Source of the DNA: Octopus vulgaris
Taxonomy: Eukaryota
NCBI GenBank assembly: GCA_951406725.2
Contig: OX597823.1
Coordinates: 49,786,001-49,850,000, forward strand
Length of the DNA stretch: 64,000 bases
Direction: 5' to 3'
Shown here one piece after another: positions 53,266 through 64,000 of this stretch. The position numbers were made by a program, and so were the translations under genes. The stretch's first letter is position 1; each line of letters begins with the position of its first letter. The notes below the pieces were generated by a model that worked only from the letters and a program-made list of their open reading frames with translations, was not told the origin of the DNA and did no database searches.

Positions 53266-53618
53266 GTGCAGGCATGACTGTGTGGTAAGAAACTTACTTC
53301 CCAACTATATGGTTCTGAGTTCAGTCCCACTGCATGGCACCTTGAGCAAGTGTCTTCTACTACAGCCACATATTGACCAAAGCCTTGTGAGTGAATTTGG
53401 TAGACAAAAACTGAAATAATATGTGTGTGAGTGTGTCCCGACCATCAACACTTGACAACCAATTTTGGTGTTTGTTCTCTCTTTGTAACTTAGCAGTTTG
53501 GCAAAAGAGACTGGTCAGTACCAGGCTTGAAAAAAAAAGCAGTACTGGAGTCAATTCATTTGACTAAAAACAATTCTTCCAGGCGATGTTCCAGCATGGT
53601 CACAATCTAATGACTGAA
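53266..53618 (+). mobile_element. SINE (8121 family)
   Basis: Homology to consensus. Confidence 0.78.
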
Positions 53619-54269
53619 GCCAATCCTTTCTACCATAAGCACAAAGCAACAGGCCTACTATCATATTTAACAGAAACAACAAAAAAACAATTGCAGCCTG
53701 GAAGGTGTTTATAAGCCATTTAAGAAGCACACAAAAAGCCGTTAGATTCACTTCAACATTTAAACTTAATTTGTCAAAATATTTTCATCGCTTTGAGACC
53801 GCGACCTGTTCACTGACAGAATCCCCAGCACACAATCTCAGATTAGGTCACTTGCTATGCAAGTACATCTTCGTAAAAAAAAAAATCCCTGAGGTTAATT
53901 ACTTAGAGTTATCATCCTCATCATCATTGTTGTCATTATAATTTTTACTGCTGTTTTCCATGCTGGCATGGGTTGAACAGTTAGACAAGAGCTGGCAAGC
54001 TGGAGAACTGCATGGAGCCATTCTAGTAATTTGATAACACACTAAACTGTGAAACTCATTTTCAAGTCAGGTCAAATGTGGGGACATGAGCACTAGCATA
54101 GCTAGAGTGTGTACTCCTCAAGGTGGCCCTTTCATTTGCCACCCCCAGACCCCACAAAAAACACATTGCCTACAGCAGATCCTAAAGTAGTACCCTTTTA
54201 AAAGGGCCACCTAGGGCAGACCGCCCCTACTGCATCCCATTAGCTATGCTAGTGGGCATGAGCCATTGC

Positions 54270-54720
54270 AGCATATTGCTGCATTCACTATTTGTTGATA
54301 TTTTCCTGGATTCCCCTAGGTGACCATCAAGTAGAGTCCCAGTCAGTCCCCATCTCCACAATATATTTCTTCATCTGCCATGACCATGTGACATGTGGTC
54401 AACCAACATGAGCCATCAGCCCAGCCAGGTCCTCAGTGAAGATAACACAGTAAGCAGGGACTGACTTGGAAAATTGAGCAACATGGCCAAACACTATGAA
54501 ATGGTGCTCCCAAACCATACAAGTAACAGAACACATTCCAGTTCCTGAGAAAAGTTATTTGTTGGATACAAAATCTAACCAATGGTAATCCATAATTCTG
54601 TGAAGCATCCTTGTGCCAAAGGAGCTCAGGCAGCTCCTAAGGGCCCCAGACAGTGTCCAAGCTTCATAGCTATAGAGCAAGACAGGGAGGACCAGAGACA
54701 TAAAGGAGCAAATCTTTAAA
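54270..54720 (-). mobile_element. Decayed RTE LINE 3' fragment
   Basis: LVLPVLLYS.EAWTL..LHRIMDYHWLDFVSN..FGHVAQF. Confidence 0.65.
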
Positions 54721-55949
54721 TTTAATTTTATTTGAAGTATTAAAATTTTTCATTGCAGTGGAACTATGTCAGTGTTATGCAACGAACATTTTAACCACTG
54801 ATGAAATAAATTTAAATTGAAAGTAAATTTAACAGTGTAGTAGTGTGTTATTGAATTACTGGAATGGCTTTTCCATGATGTTGTGCTACTGTTTTAACTC
54901 ACAGTCACAGATCAAGTTGCTTGCAAGACAAGTGTAACTCTGAAATTAAAGATATAATTATAAATATTTCATTGCTGTCATTGTCGTCATCGTTGTCGTC
55001 ATCACTGCCATTACTGTCACTGCTGCTACCACCATTGCTGCCACCACTGTTGTTGCCACTGCCACTGCAGTTACCATCACCATCATCACAATCATCATTT
55101 TAATGTCCATTTTTCTATGCTTGCATGGATCACATGGAGTTTTTATGGAAGCAGATTTTCTATGGTTGAATTATCTTCCTCTTGCCAATCTTCACCTCTT
55201 TCAAAGCAAGGAAATATTCCCCACAGCCAGACATGATCTCACAGAATACTGGAAAGGAATAACTCTACTTTTATGACAGTAACAATTATTTCACAACTAT
55301 CAGGCAATGTCAAGATGCAGAGGTGCAAAACATATCCTCTGCCAGTGGCCCCTGGCTGGCTTCCATATTGGTAGCATGTAAAAAGCACCATCTGAATGTG
55401 GTCAATGCCAGTGCCCTCTGACGGGCTCCTGTGCCAGTGACGCATAAAAAACGCTATCCTAATGTGATTGATGCCAGGACCATCTGACTGGCTCCTGTGC
55501 CTGTGGTACATAAAAAGCACTCACTACATTCTCAGAGTGGTTGGCATTAGGAAGGGTATCCATCTATAGAAACATTGCCAGATCAGATATCGAGTGGAAA
55601 TAGGGGTTGCTTCAGTTCCACGATCCACCACTGGTCATATATGACCTTAAGGCAATGATTTATGACAAGATGCCCCTGCTTATTTTGTTACTTTTTGCAA
55701 CCTCTCATGACATGTAGAAATACAGTATACATATCAGCCCTTATCTCTTATCGACATGTAGTGTTAAAATAAAAAAGAATAATTTCAACAGTGTTTTTAA
55801 CACTGAGTCTATGAGAGATACTTGTTCAAGATAAATGCCACAGCTTAAAAAGCTTTCAATAGCATATTCATTTTAAGTATGTATCTATCTAGCTTGCTTG
55901 GACATTTTTTGTAACCCACACATGCCACTCATCTCAGTCCTGTATTAGT

Positions 55950-56240
55950 TGTGGGAATTCTTCAGGGAGGCATCTAGTGTCTCTGGTGAGTTGATTTATG
56001 TATGTTGTATTTGGACAACCTGTTTGAGTATGGCTATGCTTTCGTATCCATAATAGTAGGTCACTTGACAACTTTTATTTAGCGTGCCAGAAATGTCCTG
56101 CATAGTGCAAGTACCTTTCTCTTATAATGGTGGAAACATACAGATCTCCATGCAGCTGTTTCTTGGCAGGAGGAGTTCTTCAAGATTTGTTTAAGACTGC
56201 TCTTAACATTTGGGTGTAAGTTCCATATAGCTTGGATCCT
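55950..56240 (-). mobile_element. Decayed RTE-like LINE 3' fragment
   Basis: GTYTQMLRAVLNKS..QLHGDL..IIRER..YAGHFW. Confidence 0.6.
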
Positions 56241-57906
56241 TGTATGTATACAGATTGCTTAGTAAACAAAAATGGGATACACATGGGAATATGCATAAAA
56301 AATCAGCATATTTATAGAATACATCATTAAAAACAATTACTCAGAGGCGCCTTATTAGTGTATCTTATATGGTGTGCAGTACTTTACTCTGCTGCTATTT
56401 ACCAGGTCAACAAAACAGATTCTACTTTTACTTCGCATACAAATAATTAGCACTAGCTGGATACAGCTATATAAATAATTGGTTTGATAATTAATATCTC
56501 ATTGAACCATAGTAAAATAATCATAAACAGACAAACCCAGTGTGGAAGCCTCTATGTGGTCTTTTGATGTGCTAGACACAACAGCTAAGTTTCCTTGAAA
56601 TCATATTCTACCATCCTTGAAAAATATAAAAATGGAGGAAAGACAGATTGGATAATGAAATCCTAGAAAATAAGACAGTTGGCTGGAATGCTTTGGACAA
56701 TAAGTCTGTTTAATTGGAGCTGGAGATGACTTGAAGTTAAACATCAATAACAATAAGATGTAAAATACATGCACACACAAAAAGAAATCAAAATCTTAGA
56801 ATCATATAGAACAAAAGAAATCTCAGGAGTCAGTTATATTAAGGATGCATTCTCAAATCATTTGTAAAACACAGCAACTAAATCACCATCATTAATTAAA
56901 CAACTTGACTTGATTTCATTTTATGGTGAATGACTCTAACTTTATTTGTGCTAAATTGATTTGGTAGAAGTTGGTATTGACAAACCAAGTTCTTATTTGT
57001 TCATATTCCTGAAACCTTTAATTAACAGGTTCTATCCTGCTGTAGACACTTAGCAATGGACATTTATACAACATATTTGAATCAATACTTGACCAATAGG
57101 CTAGTTCCTCTCGTTCACATTTATCTCTTTGAAATTTCTGAATTCTGATTGATCTTGTGAATCACATGTTCAAGTTAAGAGAGTTGGAGTTTGAAAAGAA
57201 AAAAGGGTGATATCAGCTTGAAGCTGATGAAAGCCAATTCTATTAACATTTTGCCTCTGTAGTTGAGTTCTGTAAAAGGTTATCAGGAAAACCTCATTTA
57301 TAAGTGTGAAGGTTTTAATTTATCAGTTTCAATAAAAGTAGAAAATAGAAAAATCTATCAGTTGTGATGTATGATGACCATAACTATAAACCACAATAGT
57401 CTTGTTTGTTTAGAGTTAATCTTTTTCTATAGCAGATATTTATATTCTTAAACTTGTTTAGGATTCTATGAAAATTTTATAGCCTTATCAATTTTAATAA
57501 AAATAGCAAACCGTATTAAATAAAACCAAACTGTTATAAAAGTGTATACTAAATAACACTTTTGTATATTTAATTTATGTGACTGAAATCAAATTGATTT
57601 TCTTGCTTTACTTTTCGTCCTCCTTGTTCCACCTTTTGCATCAACCATCTATGTGTGTTTTTTTCTTCTCATTCTTCCTCATGTTTTCTCGTAGACCAGT
57701 ATTTGTTATTTAAATAAATCTAACATTATCAAGTGTGCCTGAAAGATTGCTTGGAGATACAGACATGTTATATAAACCTGCTAATTTAATGTAGCTTAAA
57801 GCATGGAACTATTAGTAGCTCTTTTGTAATTGCATATATTAAATGATATTTATCTCTCACTGCACAGGGCATTTTTTTTGTTAATCCTACCTGTAATGGA
57901 ACTGTA

Positions 57907-57946
<40 letters not shown>

Positions 57947-59861
57947 AGTAATGTTAATTGCCACATCAAAGAGGCTCTTCCATTTTACTACTCATTTAAC
58001 CCAAGGCAGATCTTCCACCAGCTATCAGTGCAGCGCTGCAACCTAAATATTTTGTAAGTTCAAGCTACCATACTTGAGGTGATGAGTCAAAGATAACTTT
58101 TAATCAAATGTAATTATATCTGTAAGGAGAAAGAAAGTCATTAGTGTTAATAAACACTTAGTCTCAAAAGGAACAAGGGAGAGAACTCCTATGTCTCTAA
58201 GTTTTAATTTTTAATTGATTGATATTTTGAGAGCACTCGCAGTTTTCCTTTCTGAATATAAATATTTATTCTTAATGCTAAACACACCCTTATATACGCA
58301 TACACAAGATTATTGACAAAAGAAAAAAATTAATAGAAAATACACCAACAAATACATAAACACAAACACATCATTACACCAACATGTTACTTACATGCAT
58401 ATCGTTTTATTGGTCTTTGTGCAGAAGGAATTATAATATAGGGTATGAGACGTCTTGGCACATCTGTTCTGGTGCTGCCTGCTTGGCATTGGTGATTCGA
58501 CGCTGACTTACTTGACATTAGACCTTTTAATATTTCTCTCATTTTAATGTTCCTATTGTTCTTTCTCTCTCCCCTTTTCTATCTCTCTCACTGCATCTCT
58601 CTCTCCTCAACTCTCTCTCTCTATTTCTCTCTCAGTCTCTCTCTCCATCCATCTCTCTCCATCTCTCTTTTTCCATCTCTCTCCACTTCTTGCTCTCCGT
58701 CTCTGTCTCACCCCTCTCTCTCTCTCTTGCTATCTTTCTCTCTCTCTCTCTGTTTATGTGTGAGCATCTAGCTTTGTATGTGTAGTGTCGCTCTATTCCT
58801 CTACCTCTGCCTTTCCCTCTTCTTCCTCCTCCCTCTCTCTCTCTATCTGTATGTGTATATTTCTGAACACGTAAGCATGTGTGTGTGTGTGTGTATGTGT
58901 GTGCGTGCATACGTGTTTATGTTTGTGTTTGCGTGTATGCCACCAATGCCAAAAAGTACCATCATCAAAACAGACTGAATATCCAAACATCCACACTCAG
59001 TCACCTCATTCCGGAAACTCTCAAACAAAAGCAAAACATAAATATATCACAAACAATATGAACATTTGCCCAAGTGAACACACAAACACACACACACACA
59101 CACACACATACATACAATGGTAATTTGAAAAAAAAAAACACCTGCAAAATTCCTTATATTTTTCAAAGTAATTTCCAGTTTCATCAAGATTAACCCCTTT
59201 ATCGTATTCATATTTAATTAAAATTTCTATTCATTCACTGGCAAAATTTAATAACCAAAGTTACTGACATCTTTGTCATATTGTTTTTCAATTCTTTCAA
59301 TTATAATGTCAGCAAGCATTCCAATAACATGTATTATGATTTGAATCATTCTTGTACAGCCAAGAATTCCTTGCTTTTGAATTTTCAAGAATTATGATCT
59401 GCCATAAATGTTCATTAGGAGCTGTGGGTTTGGTGGGGGTGGCATTGTTGGAGAGTGTCCAAATCAAAACAATGTCTCAATTTCAATGATTTTGAAGAAC
59501 CTTTTTGACTAATTTTGCAAAATGAGCAGAAAGATTATCATAATGGAATACTGCCAGTTTCAGAATAACCATGCTTTTGTATAAAGGAATGAGGATGGTT
59601 TTGTAATATTTCTTCCATGTTCTTCTTGTTTAACCCCAGATGTAACTCTGATTGAGTAGAACTGTAATTAAATATGGCTGCAGTCAGAAGTTTGTTTCCC
59701 AACTTCATGGTTTTGGGTTCAGTCCCACTGTGTGGCACCTTGCGGCAAGTGTCTTCTACTAAAAATTTGGGCTGGTCCTTGTGAGTGGATTTGATAATTG
59801 GAAACTGAAAGAAGCTCATCATGTGTGTGTGTATGTGTGTGTATCTGTATATCTGTATGTA

Positions 59862-59926
<65 letters not shown>

Positions 59927-60422
59927 TGTCGTCCTTTAACGTCCGCTTTCCATGCTAGCATGGGTTGGATGACTTGACTGAGGACTGGCGAGCCAGATGG
60001 CTGCACCAGGCTCCAATCTGATCTGGCAGAGTTTCTACAACTGGATGCCCTTCCTAATGCCAACCACTCCAAGAGTGTAGTGGGTGCTTTTCTAATAACA
60101 AGGCTTTGGTTGACCCAAGACTATAGTAGAAGACACTTGTCCAAGGTGCCACACAGTGAGACTGATCCCAGAACCATGTGGTTGGGAAGCAAACTTCTTA
60201 CCACACAGATTCATAAGAATTAAGTACAGCAACTCATAGGATGCAAGAAATGGCTAGGTACAATGATACAAAGCTCACATTGAAATAAACAACATTGAAT
60301 ACATCAAGTGTTGGTAGGATGCCATAGATATTCCAGTACAAGTCCATTTTAAACCATAGATCTGGCTTCAGGACGGGTCAGTCCTTGGTGTGGCATAGGT
60401 ATGAAAAGTAAGCACAAATGGT

Positions 60423-60529
60423 GTTTAAAATTTACGACAGCTGTTTCAGTAGAGTTTTACTTATTTAATGCAATCATAAAATAATATATCATAATATGTA
60501 ATCCACCATCATCAGGCAAAATTTTAAAC
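60423..60529 (-). ncRNA. Type I hammerhead ribozyme motif with intact core
   Basis: gtttaaaattttgc CTGATGA t-ggtgga..tctact GAAAC AGCT GTC gtaaattttaaac: ~13-bp stem I, palindromic stem III, GUC site. Confidence 0.75.
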
Positions 60530-60985
60530 AGGTAAGGTTTTAAATATTGACCTGGATACATACATACATACATACATACATACATACATACATACATACA
60601 TACATACATACATACATGCATACATACATACATACATGCATACATGCATACATACATACACATATATATATACATACATATATATATATATCTTCACATG
60701 CACAAATTAATTCCCTCACAAAGACAGGCATTTCATAAAAATGATGTTCATATGCATGCATACATACATACAAACATACATACATACATAAATATATACA
60801 TTCACAGTCATGTATTTGAGAACCCAAATATATAGACAAATTAAAATATTAACTCATAAATATGCACACACACACACATAAATAGATATATAAATATAAT
60901 ATAGATATACACATACATGCATAGATAAACACACAGAATCACACACACACACACACACATAGACATACACACACATGCACTCACA

Positions 60986-61029
<44 letters not shown>

Positions 61030-61030
<1 letters not shown>

Positions 61031-61180
61031 TGATTCATGGATATAATATAGATATTTCTCTGTTGGTTTCCATAATGCCTCAATTTACAATGAGCGGCAT
61101 TGTAGAGAGCTAACAATTCTGTGGCATTAGAAGCGCTAAAAAGATCAAAGAATTCCTGCCATTTGTTAATACGGATCACG
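61030..61180 (-). CDS. Candidate internal coding exon, 151 bp (VIRINKWQEFFDLFSASNATELLALYNAAHCKLRHYGNQQRNIYIISMNQ)
   Basis: Branch-like CTTAAC and polypyrimidine ccttctttccaaAG; donor CAG|GTTGAG; single open, protein-like frame. Confidence 0.45.
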
Positions 61181-61599
61181 CTTTGGAAAGAAGGTTAAGA
61201 TAGTGGAGGAAATTACAGAAATCAAATGTATGATAAATAACGAAAGAAACCAATTCCATACTGACAACTGTTTATGGCACTCTGGCTGGAATAACAGTGG
61301 GATCAATAAAAGATATCAGGTGGATTCAATCACAGATTCCAATTGATATCATACAAAGACAGACAGATCCTTTCACTTGATTAGCCTCTGACTGGTCAAA
61401 CTACAATGGCTAGAATATACATACACACAACCTCTTATACAGACACAGATACACAGACACATGTGGTGAGCATAGAGATATGCACATATACACACAAGTA
61501 CACACATATGCACACGCATACACATACTTGTGCTTGCATAAATGTATATTCTGTTTGTCTGTAGGCATTCACATTTACCATATTCACAGTTACTATATG

Positions 61600-61990
61600 A
61601 ATATTATACTGGTGCTGGTGCCATGTAAAAAACACTGGTGATGGTTCCGTATAAAGGGCACTGGTGTGGGTACTGTGTAAAGAGCACTGGTAATGGTTCC
61701 ACATTAAAAGCAATGGTAATGGCACCATGTAAAGAGTACTGGTGACTGTACTACATACGAAGCACTGGTAATGGTGTCACATAAAAAGTGCTGGTGATTG
61801 TGCCATATAAAAAGCACCCAGAACACCTGGTAAAGTGGTTGGTGCTAGGAAGAGCATCCAGCAGTAGAAACCATGCCAAAATAGACAAGGAACTTGGTGT
61901 GGATCCTGGCCTTGCCTGCTCCATGTCAAACCATCTAACCCATCCCAGCATAGAAAACAGACATTAAATGATGCTGATGATAATGACGAT
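61600..61990 (+). mobile_element. Minisatellite-containing non-autonomous retroelement
   Basis: ~25-bp units CTGGTRATGGYACCAYATAAAAGCA followed by the family tail. Confidence 0.68.
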
Positions 61991-62599
61991 ATATTTTCTC
62001 AAAGTAATCTAAGCTCATTAATAAATTGATTGTGTAATTAATGTGTCATAAATTATCTCATATTAAAAATAGAGATGATTTAATATTTATTTCTGAATAT
62101 TTACAATCCCTTTTTTACTACTCCTGTATTTGCAAATGAATTCTGAAGATTACAAAAACTACACATTGCATAGATTGCCTTCAACAGAACTACATTCTTC
62201 TTGTTTATTATCATGTAATTCAGAGAAGATTTGGCTGCTATTTCTTGCATGGTCAGAAATCACACAAAATTTTTGTTTGCATTGCAACAGCAATCAGCAC
62301 ACTTGATATGTCAGCAACAGAGGCTTTTGACTGGCTAAAATTATATGACTTTAAATGCATGTAGCATCTTTGTTGATAATTTCTAGAAAAAATAAATGCG
62401 ATTTTCATCATCATAGGCAAAACTTACACCAGAACTACATTTTGAAAATAATCTGGTGAAAATTTGGAAAGCTTCAAGTACTTGAAAGGAATTTAACAAG
62501 ATCCGTTTCTTTACAAATCATTTTTGTTTTTCTGTGTATGTGTATGATGGACAGCTAGATATTATGTCTCTAAGGTATGTGGAGGAGGGGGGATCTGTG

Positions 62600-62691
62600 T
62601 GCATGGACTCTCTCTGTCTCTCTTTTTCTGTCAGTTTCTCTCTCTCTTTATGGACTAACTGTCTCACTGTGTGCATAGACTGAATGGATTG

Positions 62692-62742
<51 letters not shown>

Positions 62743-62938
62743 CTTTCTTTATCTCTCTCTCTTTCTTTTTCTCTGTGTTTGGGTTATCTGTTTGTCTCTG
62801 TGTATATGGACTGTCTTCCTCTCTTTCTCTCTCTGTCTTTCTCCTTTTCTCTCTGTCTACCTCTACGTACATGAAATCTCTCTCTCTCTTTCTTTCCCTC
62901 TGAGCTTGGGTTATCTGGACTGTCTTTCTTTCTTTCTT

Positions 62939-62990
<52 letters not shown>

Positions 62991-63020
62991 CTTCTTATCT
63001 TCCTTTCTTTCTCTATGGAC
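62600..63020. repeat. (CT)n-rich low-complexity region
   Basis: Directly visible; similar region at 58550-58850. Confidence 0.9.
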
Positions 63021-64000
63021 CATCACTGTCTATTTGTATATAGACTGCTTCAGTGTCTTTATGAGTGTGGAAAGGTGTCTATCTTTCTCTGGACACACTG
63101 TATCTCTGTCTCTGTGAATGTACAGAATGTCTCTATATGAATATAAGACCATCAGTCTTTCTACAAGTGGAACTCTCAGTCTGTCTGTGAGTAAACTGTT
63201 TGAGTATGCATGTAAATTCTGTATATATGTAGATAGTCAGCTACTGTGCAACTTTAGCCTATCTATCTTTGTCTATGGACCTTTTCTATGTGTGTGTATG
63301 TGAATGGATTGCTTCTATGTATCTTTCTGACTACCTCAGTCACCTTATCCATCCATTTCATTACTAGAAGAATACTGACACCACTTTGTCCATCATTGCT
63401 ACCCACCCAGAAAAACTTGTATCTATGTCTCTTGCTTGTAAGCAGTCTAGCTGAGACTCCCCTCCATCATACTTCTTGCATGCAGCATACATCTACACAC
63501 CTCCACTCAAGCATTTCGATTAGCTTTCCATTGTGCCAACATTAATTGTGGCAACTCTGAGCTTGTAGATCTGGGAAGAAGGTTGGGGGTATGTTTTCAG
63601 ATCTGGAAAGAAAAATATCTTTGAGGCTGCATGCCTGGAGGCAAAGGATCCTTGTGCTTAGTGTGAAGCATGAGTTACAATTACTGTTCCAATTTCCTTC
63701 AATCTTGAAACGCCTTCATGGGTATGCACATACATGCATATAAATGTAAGCATACAAGCACATACATATAATTATGTGCACAAATATATATATCTGTAGT
63801 TCAATACACCTGCTCATGGATGGGAAAACAAACATACATAAACATTCAGCATGTGTGCATGTGCCAGCTTCCTTCACAGAGGTGGTAGTGAGGGATGGGT
63901 GGGAGGTAAAAAGAGATTCAGTTGAGATCGCACAAGATGTTCTTCCATGAAGGTTGTGTGTGTGTGTGTATACATATATATATATATATATATACATACA

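Noticed and set aside
58390-58525. Short minus-strand open frame ending in a GTAAGT donor
   Set aside because: No credible acceptor and no recognisable homology; insufficient support

Overview
AT-rich, repeat-dominated eukaryotic intronic/intergenic DNA. The dense (TA)n/(GATA)n/(CATA)n microsatellites and the tRNA-headed SINE families suggest an octopus/cephalopod genome (inference from recall, not checked). Most ORFs in the track are microsatellite artefacts. Supported content: decayed LINE fragments (RTE, CR1-like, Tx1/L1, two RLE-type), Tc1/mariner remnants, hAT- and piggyBac-type MITEs, many modular SINEs, an RPL9 pseudogene fragment, and a few weak minus-strand host exon candidates. The most striking unexplained signal is about ten type-I hammerhead-ribozyme motifs from several unrelated short non-coding repeat families. 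They have palindromic stem III and sit in inverted or partial-tandem arrangements typical of Penelope-like element pLTRs or retrozymes. Also notable: a Tx1-like LINE embedded in (GATA)n whose 3' tail is shared by a Nin-domain-like SINE, and a SINE set showing all four body x tail combinations. Coordinates were read by eye and element edges are approximate.
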